DNA of 64,000 nucleotides from positions 24,924,001 to 24,988,000 of the forward strand of contig OX597825.1 of assembly GCA_951406725.2 (NCBI GenBank), in the 5' to 3' direction. The notes under the pieces were generated by a model, which saw only the letters and a list, made by a program, of their open reading frames with translations, was not told the origin of the DNA and did no database searches. The position numbers were made by a program, and so were the translations under genes. How positions within the stretch are numbered: position 1 is the stretch's first letter; each line of letters begins with the position of its first letter. Of this stretch, positions 51,949-64,000 are shown piece after piece. Origin of the DNA: Octopus vulgaris (Eukaryota).

Positions 51949-53997
51949 GTGATGATGATCATGATGATTATGATGATCCATGTGTGTACACACACATGCA
52001 TATACATAAATACATGCATGCATACATGCATACATACATACATGCATCAACGCATGCATACATGCATGCATACATACATGCATACATACATGCATGCATA
52101 CATGCATTGATACAGACATGCATGCATACATACATGTATACATATATGCATGCATACATACATACATGCATGCATACATACATACAAACGACATGCATGC
52201 ATACATACATGTATACATACATGCATGCATATATGCATACATACATACATGCATGCATACATGCATACATGCATTCATACACGCATACATACATGCATAC
52301 ATACATGTATACATACATACATGCATTCATACAGACATGCATGCATACATACATGTATACATACATACATGCATACATACATACATACATGCATGCATGC
52401 ATACATGCATACATACATACATGCATGCATACATGCATACATGCATTCATACATGCATACATACATGCATACATACATACATACATGCATACATACATGC
52501 ATACATACATACATACATACATGCATACATACATGTATACATACATACATACATACATACATACATACATACATACGACAGGTTTCTTTCAGTTTTCATC
52601 TCTGAAATCCACTCACAAGGCTTTGCTCAGCCTAAGACTATAGTAGAAGGCACTTGCTGAAGGTGCCACGCAGTGGGACTGAACCCAGAACCACACGGTT
52701 GAGAAACCAGCTTTTTAACACACAACCACGTTTACTCTTACTCTTTTTTTGCTTTTTACTTGTTTCAGTCATATTTGACCATGGCCATGCTGGAGCACCG
52801 GCTTTAGTTGAGCAAATCGACCCCAGGACTTATTCTTTGGAAGCCTAGTACTTCTTTTATCAGTCTCTTTTGCCGAACCGCTAAGTTACGGCAACGTAAA
52901 CACACTAGCATTGATTGTCAAGCGATGTAGGGGTGGACAGACACAGACACATATACACACACATACATATCCATATACATATATACGACGGGCTTCTTTT
53001 AGTTTCCATCTACCAAATCCTCTCACAAGGCTTTGGTCGGCCCGAAGCTATAGCAGAAGACTGCTGGAACTGAACCTGGAACCATGTGGTTCGTAAGCAA
53101 GCTACTTACCATACATCCACTCATACGCTATTTATTATTTTATTTATTAATCTATTCTAAATTCTGAACTCTAAAAACCACAAGAAGTGCATCATTTATT
53201 GATACTTTCTGGTTATCTGATCCCCATTAAAAAATCCCCACTAAAAGATTGAGCTTATGTGGTGACAAGACATTGGGTTAAAAGAGTTAGATCCTTCTGA
53301 TTCAAAACTTCATCACATTGTTGACGTTTGGCATGGTATGATTTGTTATAAAAAATGTTATCAGATTCAGTAAGATGTTTAATTTCTTTCAGTTTTCATG
53401 TTTATTAATCTTTTCAGTTTTGTATTTTTTGTTATAAAAATATTATCAGATTCAATAAGATGTTTCATCTTTTCACATTTCATGTTTATTAATTCCTCAC
53501 CCCCTTTTTTTCTTTTGTTTTATTGGGGTTAACAATTTTTATTTTTAGTTGAGAGAGATAACAAAAAAAAAAGTACCGATATTTCTCATAAAACGTTGAG
53601 AGATAACCCTGTTTTTTAACGGGTGGGGTGTGATAACCCAAAATTATTCTTTGTAAGCCCAGTACTTATTCTATCGGTTTCTTTTGCCGAACTACTAAGT
53701 TACAAGGATGTAAACATACCAGCATTGGTTGTCAAACGATGTTAGGGGGACAAACAGACACACACAAACACACACACACACACATATATCTCTTTTACTC
53801 TTTTACTCTTTTACTTGTTTCAGTCATTTTGACTGCGGCCATGCTGGAGCACCACCTTTAGTCGAGCAAATCGACCCCCAGGACTTATTCTTTGTAAGCC
53901 CAGTACTTATTCTATCGTTCTCTTTTGCCGAACCGCTAAGTTGCGGGGACATAAACACACCAGCATCGGTTGTCAAACGATGTTAGGGGGACAAACA

Positions 53998-54055
<58 letters not shown>

Positions 54056-54274
54056 CATATACAAATATACGACGGGCTTCTTTCAGTTTCCGTCTACCAA
54101 ATCCACTCACAAGGCTTTGGTTGGCCCGAGGCTATAGTAGAAAACACTTGCCCAAGGTGCAACGCAGTGGGACTGAACCTGGAACCATGTGGTTGGTAAG
54201 CAAGCTACTTACCAAACAGCCACTCCTGCACCTCCTTTACCATTTTATTATCATCATTTTACAAACTTATTTTA

Positions 54275-54354
54275 AACTCCGTCGCTTCACGGAATAAAAA
54301 AACAGTTTGAAAGACGTCGAAATCCAAATTAGTGACGCGAAGAGACATAACAAG
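54275..54354 (+). promoter_or_regulatory. candidate non-coding first exon of a plus-strand host gene
   Basis: Unique CpG-rich 80 bp ending in a consensus donor AAG|GTAAGT, followed by T-rich intron-like sequence. Confidence 0.45.
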
Positions 54355-54997
54355 GTAAGTAACTCTTTAAACTTACATCGTCAGTTTTTCACCTTACATT
54401 TACTTTTTTGTGCATTTTTCTTTTAAATTATTTTTATATTCCTGAATTGTACTTTTTCGCCTCATTTTACTTTTATTTTTTTTTTACCTGTTTTAGTCAT
54501 TGGACTGGGTCATGCTGGAGCATTGCGCTGAAGGGTTTTAGTGGAACAGATCGATCTCGGTACTTAAGTTAGTTGGGGTTTTTTAAAGTTTGGTACATAT
54601 TCTATCAATTTCGTTTGCCGAAACACTAGGTTACGGGAACGTAAACAAACCAGTATTGGTTATCAGGCGTGGGGTCGGGAAATGAGGTGGTAAACAGACA
54701 GATACACATCATCTGATATTTCAGTATTTTGATGGTTATAAGAGAGATTGGTTGGCAGAGTTGTAAGAACATCAGACAAGATGTCTTACTCTTTTACCTG
54801 TTTCTGTCATGTTGACTGTGGCCATGCTGGAGCACTGCCTTTGAGTGGGAGAAATCGACCCCGAGATTTATTCTTTGTAGGCCTGGTACTTATTTTATCG
54901 ATCTTTTTTGCCGAACAGCTAGGTTACAGGAACGTAAGCACACCAAGATCAGTTGTCATATAATGGTGGAGGGACAAACACAGACACAAACACACAA

Positions 54998-55061
<64 letters not shown>

Positions 55062-55577
55062 CAGGCTTCTTTCAGTTTCTGTCTACCAAATTCACTCACA
55101 AACCTTTGATTGGCCCGAGGCTATAGTAGAAGACACTTGCCCAAGGTGTCATACAGTGGAACTGAACCCAGAACCATGTAGTTGGAAAGCAAGCTTCTTA
55201 CAACACAGCCATACCTTGCAGATTTCTTTTTTTTTTTCAAAGTTTCAGTTTCCACAAAGGTCAACTTTTTTCCATTCATCCTTTCGGGGTGCATGAAGTA
55301 AAGTAGCAGTCAAAAACTTGTGTTGATGGTATTGACTGACCCAGTTGCTTAAATTTCGGGCCTATGTCGAAAACAGTAAATATTGTGCCATAGGTACAGA
55401 CTTGGCTGTGTGTTGAAGAATTTCAATATGCAACCACATGTTTCCAAATTTGATAATTTTGCTAGAACACCTTGGGCAAGTATTTTCTATCATAGCCATA
55501 GACTGACTGATAATGTTGAGTGGAATCTGGTGGAATCTGTGCAGAAGCTCAGCATACTCACACACGTGAATGCATAC

Positions 55578-55608
<31 letters not shown>

Positions 55609-56294
55609 TGTATATATGTATGTATGTATGTGTGAATGGATGTATGTATGTATGTAAGTATGTATGTATGTATGTATGCATGTATGCATGTATGTATGTA
55701 TGTATGTATGTATGTATGTTTGTATGTATATCTGTATGTATGTATGTATGTATGTATGTTTGTATGTCTGTCTGTCTGTCTGTCTGTATGTATGTATGTA
55801 TGTATGTATGTATGTATGTATGTATGTATGTTTGTATGTATATCTGTATGTATGTATGTCTGTCTGTCTGTCTGTATGTATGTATGTATGTATGTATGTA
55901 TGTATGTATGTATGTATGTATGTATGTATGTATGCATGTATGTATGCATGTATGTATGCATGTATGCATGTATGCATGTATGTATGTATGTATGTATGTA
56001 TGCATGTATGCATGTATGTATGTATGTATGTATGTATGTATGTTTGTATGTATGTTTGTATGTATGTCTGTATGTATGTATGTTTGTATGTATGTCTGTA
56101 TGTATGTATGTATGTATGTATGTATGTATGTATGTATGTATGTATGTTAATCAAAATATACAGTATTATAGAACTTTTACAGCTGTTCTTACCAATTGAT
56201 TTTGCATAGATCATCAGGCAGTTATCTAATGATTATGCTCCTTAGAGGTGGCACATATGCAAAAAATGGCATCTGCTCTGGATACAAAAGTACC

Positions 56295-56456
56295 CACTAC
56301 ACTCTCGGAATGGTTGGCGTTAGGAAGGGCATCCAGCTATAGAAACTCTGCCAGATCAAGATTGGAGCCTGGTGTAGCCATCTGGCTCGCCAGCCCTCAG
56401 TCAAAATCGTCCAACCCATGCTAGCATGGAAAGCAGACGTTAAACGTTGATGATGA

Positions 56457-56460
<4 letters not shown>
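56295..56460 (+). mobile_element. RTE 3' end fragment
   Basis: Matches the 3' UTR of the 45816-47166 element, (GAT)n tail. Confidence 0.8.
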
Positions 56461-56499
<39 letters not shown>

Positions 56500-56502
56500 T
56501 AA

Positions 56503-56562
<60 letters not shown>

Positions 56563-56761
56563 CCAGGGACAAGGTGTAGGAAGAAAGTTAGCTTCAAGCA
56601 ATCCATAGCAAATACAAAAATTCAACTTACAGGGACAATAGTGGTTTATCGTAATGGAAAGTTGTGGATTTTCTTCACATCAAAATATGCTAAATTGGAA
56701 AAAGTTCTTTCTATATTCCACAGTAAGTGACCAAAGTTGCCAGGTGTGTAAATAAGAATAC

Positions 56762-57032
56762 AAGAGTTACAGAATGGAGTAGGTAAGATCCGGGCTACAA
56801 ATGTTTCATAGTGAGTGGAACTTCAGAAGTGGTAAAAATCCAAGCAAGATGTTCTCTTCCATGCATCAACACGTATCTTCTTGTGACAATGCAACTTTTA
56901 AATTTAATCAAGGTATCCTTGGCTTGAAGAGTAGCCAGCGGTATACACCTTGCTTGGATTTTTACCACTTCTGAGGTTCTGCTCACCATGAAGCATGTAG
57001 CCTGAATCTTACCTATTCCATTTTGTAACTCT

Positions 57033-57033
<1 letters not shown>
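56762..57033. repeat. inverted repeat (~90-bp arms) with degenerate hammerhead motifs
   Basis: Arms 56762-56852 / 56945-57033; GGC-TTGAAGA...GAAG-CATG-TA-GCC on plus; GAAA-CATTTG-TA-GCC on minus. Confidence 0.85.
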
Positions 57034-57105
<72 letters not shown>

Positions 57106-57472
57106 CATGCAGTAGGATTGAACCCAAAACCATCAGGTTGCAATGTGGGCTTTTTAACCTAACATTTATTCCAGCACCTGAATATACAAAACATAAAATG
57201 TTTATTATGTTATCATGTTTTGACAATCCAACTGTGACCCTCCTGTCTATATTTTGGAAGACATTGTCCCCAACTTCAGGACTTTTAAAATACATGGTTA
57301 AGGTTAAGCACAAAGACAGAGAGAGAGAGGTGGTGAAAAAGTGGGAGGGAGAGTTTGTAAACTGACAGAAGAGGAAAAATTTGGTTATTCCACTGGTCAT
57401 GAATCTCCTTCCTCTGTCTGTCTGTATGTATGTATGTATGTATGTCTGTCTGTATGTATGTCCATTTGTATG

Positions 57473-57511
<39 letters not shown>

Positions 57512-59341
57512 ATGTATGTATGTATGTATGTCCATCTGTATGTGTCTGTCTATGTCTGTCTGTCTGTATGTATGTCTGTATGTATGTCCATTTGTATGTG
57601 TCTGTCTGTCTGTCTGTCTGTATGTATTTATGTATGTATGTCCATCTGTATGTGTCTGTCTGTGTGTCTGTCTGTATGTATGTCTGTATGTCTGTCTGTA
57701 TGTCTGTCTGTATGTGTCTGTATGTATGTATGTCTGTCTGTCTGTATGTATGTCCATCTGTATGTGTCTGTATGTCTGTCTGTCTGTCTGTCTGTCTGTA
57801 TGTATGTCCATCTGTATGTGTCTGTATGTCTGTCTGTCTGTCTGTCTGTCTGTATGTATGTCCATCTGTATGTGTCTGTCTGTCTGTCTGTATGTATGTG
57901 TCTGACTGTATGTATGTCTGTCTGTCTGTCTATGTATGTATGTATGTATGTATGTCTATCTGTGTGTCTGTGTCTGCCTGTCTGTATGTCTGCATGTATG
58001 TCTTTCTATATGTCTGTCTGTATGTCTGTCTGTCTATCTGTCTGCCTGTCTGTCTGCCTGCCTGTCTGTGTATCTGTCAATCTTTCTCTCCATCTCCCTC
58101 TCCCTCACTCTCTCCCCCTCCCTTTCTTTCCTCATCCCCCCCACTCTCTCTCTCTCTCCTCCCCCTCTCATTGGCTTTAAGCATATGCTTGCTATTCAGC
58201 CCTGTCTTTATTGTAAGACAAGGTTGTTGTTGTTGTTGTTTTTTTTTTGAAGTGTTTATTATTTTTTATTTTCTTCAATTTTTTTTTTTTTTTTTATCTT
58301 TCTGAAGTCTAAAAACCTTAAAACTGTGTTGGTCATCAGGTTTAAAAAATAGTCAGGGGGTGGGGTTGTTACTGGGCTGCTTACACAGAGTAGGTCAAAC
58401 CATTATCTGACCACTTGCTGTTATATTGTGTGGGTCAGACTTACTATTTGGTTGCTGGCTGAGGCAGCAGACTAAGCTGTTTATTTGTTTGTTTGTTTAT
58501 TTAATTATTTGATTATCTTTTTTTTTTTCCAAACTTCATTGTACTTTCTATACTCTTTTACTTGTTTCAGTCATTTGACTGCGGCCATGCTGGAGCACCG
58601 CCTTTTAGTCGATCCAGCAAATCGATCCCAGGACTTATTCTTTCTAAGCCTAGTATTTATTCTATCGGTCACTTTTGCCGAACCACTAGGTCACGGGGAC
58701 ATAAACACACCAGCATCGGTTGTCAAGCGATGTTGGGGGGCACAAACACAGACACACAAACATATACACACACACATACATATATATACATATATATGAC
58801 AGGCTTCTTTCAGTTTCCATCTACCAAATCCACTCACAAGGCTTTGGTCGGCCTGAGGCCATAGTAGAAGACACTTGTCCAAGGTGCCATACAGTGGGAC
58901 TGAACCCGGAACAAACTGCTTACCACGCAGCCACTCCTACGCCTATTGTTATCTTTTAACTTGTTTGTCATTGGACTGCAGCCATGCTGGGGCACTGCTT
59001 CGAGGAATTTTTAGTTGACCTCTGTACTTATTTTTTTAAGCTTGGCACTTATTGTGCCAGTCTCTTTTGCTGATGCTAAACTACAGGAACATAAACAAAA
59101 CAACACCAGTTGGTAAGCAGTGGGGAGGAGGGGGAGCAAAGAAACCAACACAAGGACATACACAAACACACACAGATGTGGCTGTGTGGTAAGAAGCTTG
59201 CTTCCTAACCACATGGTTCAGGGTTCAGTCCCACTGCATGGCACCTTGGGCAAGTGTTTCTACTATAGCCTTGGGCCGACCAAAGATTTGTGAGTGGATT
59301 TGGTTGATGGAAACTGAAAGAAGCCCATTGTGTATATATAT

Positions 59342-60135
59342 AGGGTGTGATGGTAAATCGTTGTCATTTTACAATTTTAATTTCGTGCATGTGCATTGTT
59401 TGTTTTTGATTTTGTTGACTACACAGTATAGTAGGGTCAGTTGAGCACTGTCTGTGAGAAAAACAGCACCATAATACAATTCACTCTGCCAGAAATTTAG
59501 AAACGACATGTTGTACTGCCTGGCATTCATGCTGGAAGCTCTAATATGAACATTTCAGAGCGTTTGGGTGTCAATCTGAGGAGATGTACAGAGAGGGATA
59601 AATATCAAACATCCAGTCAACATCATAGTGTTTGGAGTGATCACTAGTGATGGCAACGTTATGCCTCCATTCATCTTTCCACAGGGCCTGAAATTCAACA
59701 TGGAGGCCTACATCAAGTGCCTGGAAGAGATAGTGCTGCCCTTGGGTCAAGAGGGTGGCTGCTGGAAGACCTTATGTCTAGCAACAAGATTCTGCACCAA
59801 GCCACACAAGTAGCAGAACCCAGTCATGGCTGTCAGACAATTTCTGTGACCACATCACCTCTAACATCCGACCACCTAACTCCCAGACTGCAACCCCCTT
59901 GATTATTATGGGTAGGGCGCAGTTGAGTGAGAAACCAACAAAACTCCTTGTAACACCAAAGATGAACTGAAAGCAAGGATTATGGCAGTATTCACCAACT
60001 TAAACAAGGAGATCGGCTAGAAGAGTTGGCGATTTTATTGAATAAGTTTATTCTTTAGTTTTTCAGGATATTTTTTATGTAATTTTGGTAAATATATCTG
60101 TTAAAATGAGGTGTCGGTGTTATTTTCATTTTTGC
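59342..60135 (+). mobile_element. internally deleted maT/DD37D Tc1-mariner element
   Basis: VFGVITSDG..MPPFIF; QQD then 37 residues then D of NSPDCNPLDY. Confidence 0.82.
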
Positions 60136-60146
60136 ATAATTTAGAC

Positions 60147-60430
60147 CAGTGCTACTCAAAGTGGCAGCCTGTGGACCGGTGCCAGTCCATGAGCCATCAA
60201 CTGCTAGTATGCGGAAAGTTTCCAGAAAAGAAAGAAATAATAATTTTAGTAATTTCGCCTTATGCACTGCAGTAAACAACTTATCAGCTTATGTAATATT
60301 GTATAATTTGTTTACAATTAAATATAAGATTAAAATAATTGTCAACTTTTATTATATTCATTATATATTGTTTCCAGTGTAAATTAATATTACTAAGAAA
60401 TATTGCCGGTCCCTGGCACATTGGAAAAAA
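60147..60430 (+). mobile_element. hAT (Charlie-like) non-autonomous element, one end
   Basis: CAGTGCTACTCAAAGTG terminus after ATTTAGAC (resembles the NTCTAGAN target); the other TIR was not found. Confidence 0.5.
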
Positions 60431-60747
60431 AATACCGTTTCTGCCAGCTCGCCGCTTGGCTTCTTTCAGTTTCAGTTTCTTGCCGAACCACTAAGTTATG
60501 GGGATGTAAACACACCAGTATCTGTTGTCAAGCGAGGTTGGTGGGGGGGGGGGGCAAACATACGCACACACATATATATACATATACATATACGCACACA
60601 CATACATACACATTTAATAGTAAGGAACTTTACTATATATGTATGTATGTGAATGTTTGTATCTCCTTCCCTTGAATGTGTGTGATAGTTATAAATGAGT
60701 GTCCCTGTCATGCAAGCGGTGTCCATTTCTAATCTTGAGTGAAAATA

Positions 60748-61656
60748 CGAGGAGGTACCCAAAAGTAACCAGAAACGCTCTCTGTGGAACAAGCTCGTTG
60801 TAGTTCGGGCTTCTGCTGCTAGAAGCCACTTGGTGTGACCCTCAGACATCAGCCTGCCCACAGGCGTTGTCCAGTGAGGACATACTACCACATGGCTCGT
60901 CTTTGTTTTGCAGTGTTTCTCCCTTGTTCGTCGAATTTTGCGATGGCTGAAATGAAGGAACAGCGTGCTTCCGTGAAATTCTGTTTCCTGCTGGGGAAAA
61001 CAGCAGATGAAAGAGTCGTCATACTTCAAACAGTTTACAAGGACGCTGCCATGAGCAAAACACAAGTCTACGAGCGGTTTTTCACGCTTTAGGAATGGTC
61101 ACTTGTCGCCTGAAGACCAATTTCGTTCAGGGCGACCGTCGACTTCCCGAACAAATGAAAACATCATGAAAATTCATGAACCAATCTTTCCAGGACCGTT
61201 ACCGAACAATTGACGAACTTGTTGATATGACTGGTGTGTCCTGCAGCTCCTGCCAACGAATTTTGAACGAGGAATTGCGAATGAAAAGAATTGCAGCAAA
61301 ATTTGTGCCACGCTTGCTCAAAACCAATTCAAAAGCAGTCATGACTGAATGCGTGTCGTGAACTGAAAGAACAGAATGAAGTTGACCCGGAACTTTTTGT
61401 CGAAGGTCATCACTGGTGACGAAAGGTGGTGTTACGGAATTTGCAGATGTGGAAGAGGTGAAGATTAATTTCACGGAGGCGTTAAAAGGTATCACTTTGC
61501 AAGAGTTCTGGCACTGCTTCCAACTGTGGAAAACGTGCCTGGACCGATGCATTGCTTCAAATAGGGAATACTTTGAAGACGATAAAAGTGTAAACATGTA
61601 GAACTAGCTGAAGAGAATAATATCGCAAAATTCCAGTTTCTTTTGGGTACCCCCTT
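60748..61656 (+). mobile_element. internally deleted mariner
   Basis: TIRs CGAGGAGGTACCCAAAAG / CTTTTGGGTACCCCCT; MKEQRASVKFCF..., AKFVPRLL, VITGDE fused to the C-terminus (CIASNREYFE). Confidence 0.88.
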
Positions 61657-61786
61657 ACATATATCTAGTTATGGGAAAATATTTCCTTACTTGGAAACAG
61701 ACAACGGTTGTTAACAGGAAAGGCATCCAGCCAAAATCTAAACAATGATGATAATGATGATGATGATTGTACCAATATGTTACAAG

Positions 61787-61847
<61 letters not shown>

Positions 61848-61848
<1 letters not shown>

Positions 61849-63265
61849 CTCAATCCAGCTATAAATACCAGGAAATACTTGAGGTAGATAGAATCAAACA
61901 CCACGACATGAAAGAAAAGACAAAAAGAGAGCACCTGCGGCGAGTGAGAAAAATATTGGCTTCAAAGCTGAATGCCAGAAACATAATTTCGGCAATAAAC
62001 TCGCGCGCAGTCGCAGAATTTCGGTATGACACTGGAATCCTGAAATGGACAGAGGAGGGACTAAAAGAGAAAGACAGGAAGTCAAGAAAGCTCCTAACGA
62101 TGCACGGGTCCCATCATCCACGTACAGACACTGATCACCTATATATGAAGAGATAAGTGTGGAAGACTGCATATGTGTTGAACTCAAGAGCCTTAATGAG
62201 ATACCTATCCGAAAGTAAGGAAACCTTGCTGGTAACAGTTAGGAACGAGGGAATATTGAGAGCAGAGCAAAAAGGAAAAACAAAGGAAGAAGTACAAAAA
62301 GGACGTGAAGAAGAATTACGCAAGAAGGGAATACACAATCAATTTCATGAAGCCACAACAGAAGTTGCTGGAAAAAATAGGTGGGATTGGCTGATAAAAG
62401 GACCCCGCCCCCCTACACACACACACACACACAAAGAGACAGAGAGCTGGCAGCGCAAGATCAAGCTTTAGCCACGAATTGGAGGGTCGACCTTAGGAAT
62501 GAGCAAGTGTTGTCCCTATTGTCATGGGAGCATTGGTTCAATCCACCCAACCTGAAAAAAACATTTGGAATCTTTAGAAATACCTTACAATCTAGGTGTA
62601 TTGCCGCATCTGCAATAGAGTGGATGAAACCATTGCCCATATCACGAACGAATGCCCTAGACTTGCCAAAAACTACTACAAGTTGTGGGAACACGATCAG
62701 ATAGCGAAAGGGCTACATTGGAAACTGCGAAAAGTGGGGGCTAGAGAGGGGCAAGACGTGATATGAGCACAAACCGCATAGTGTGGTGGAGACTAACAAA
62801 ATCCTCTGGGATTTCCCAGTCCAAGTAGATTAGGCGCTAGAGCATAACAGACCGGGCCTAGTGGTGGTGGACAAGGTGCACTATATATGCTATGTAGTTG
62901 ATGTTGCATGCGCCTTTGACCCACGAACAGTCAAGAAGGGAGGCGAAAAGATAGATAGATAGATACAAGCCTCTTAAGTACGAAATAGCCCGGGTATGGA
63001 AAATGAAGAAGATAAAGATAGTGCCAATTATTGTTGAGTCCTTGGGAACAGTATCAGAAGGCATCAAGAGGAATATAAAGGAAATTGGAATAGAGTGCCG
63101 AGTAGAACTGTTATAAATGGTTTGCCTCCATGGCACGGTCAGAATGACCAGGAAAGTATTAGATAGCTGAAAAGAACGAACAGCTTGGTACCGTAGACTG
63201 CATGTAGTAAACCCGCTACGCATGCAAGGCTCCAGGAACTCCAACAAAACTTGTGGTAAAGAGAA

Positions 63266-63266
<1 letters not shown>
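61848..63266 (+). pseudogene. 5'-truncated Dong/R4 non-LTR retrotransposon inserted in (TAA)n
   Basis: RT thumb (RRVRKILASKLN), AAQDQAL, CCHC knuckle (RIC..ETIAHITNEC), REL HNRP..VVDVAC; (TAA)n on both sides. Confidence 0.9.
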
Positions 63267-63358
<92 letters not shown>

Positions 63359-63579
63359 AATAATAATAATAATAATTTCAAGTTTTGACACAAGCCCAAA
63401 CATTTCAGAAAATGAAGATCAGACGCGGAATATTCGAAGGTGATGCTATTCATATTGGCCATTAAACCGTTCACTATGATACTACAAAAAGTTAAAGTTG
63501 CTTAAGATTTGGGAAAAGTCTTGTACATACTATCTACATTTTCTCAAATGACGTAATTATGGAGTTTGGGATAGAAAAG

Positions 63580-64000
63580 TGCGCTACATTGAAAATGAAA
63601 CGAGGAAGATCTGAAAGAAGCCAGGGAATTGAAATGCTAAATGGGCAAACAATGAGAGCGGTTGAAAAAGGGCAGTGGTATAAGTACTTGGGAAACAGAC
63701 AAAATAAAAAATGAAGAAATGAAACAAATTACCAGTAGGGAGTACGCAAGGAGAGGAAGAAAATTATTGCAGTCAAAGCTGAATTCCAAAAATCTTATTG
63801 AAGCCATAAATTGAAGAGCAGTACTCTTATTCAGATATGGAGTTGGAATTATAAACTAGACCTAAAACAATATAAAGAAACTTGACAGAAAAAGTAGAAA
63901 ATTGTTGACAATATACGGAGCCCACGATCCGAAAGCTGGCATCAACCGGTTGTACTTGAGGAGAGACCAGGCTGAGAGAGGCTTAATAGCGGTAGAAGAA
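63580..64000 (+). pseudogene. second Dong/R4 RT fragment (runs off window)
   Basis: YKYLG, RKLLQSKLNSKNLIEAIN, LDRKSRKLLT, RLYLRR..RGL. Confidence 0.88.

Noticed and set aside
51852-58305. Long 150-290 aa ORFs (MYVC/HTYI/CLSV repeats)
   Set aside because: Translations of stop-free tetranucleotide microsatellites

Overview
This is an AT-rich, microsatellite-dense animal genomic window. The SINE families, RTE tails and (TACA)n/(GATA)n/(CAT)n load point to a coleoid cephalopod, most likely Octopus (inference). No host protein-coding exon can be supported, and most ORF-track entries are microsatellite or SINE translations. The window is a mosaic of decayed transposons: a Ty3/Gypsy provirus with nested insertions (1.8-5.8 kb), RTE, CR1/L2 and Dong/R4 LINEs, several Tc1/mariner/pogo relics and MITEs, non-autonomous Helitrons, Penelope-like fragments and >30 tRNA-derived SINE copies. 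Two CpG-retaining candidate first exons with strong donors face outwards (28.1-28.3 kb minus; 54.3 kb plus). The most striking unannotated layer is RNA structure. About ten type-I hammerhead ribozyme motifs, several with intact catalytic cores, and six fold-back inverted repeats with arms of about 35-120 bp are scattered between transposons. Three of the fold-backs carry hammerhead-like cores on both strands, consistent with inverted Penelope pseudo-LTRs. The window also contains templated short insertions and recurrent SINE tandem junctions.
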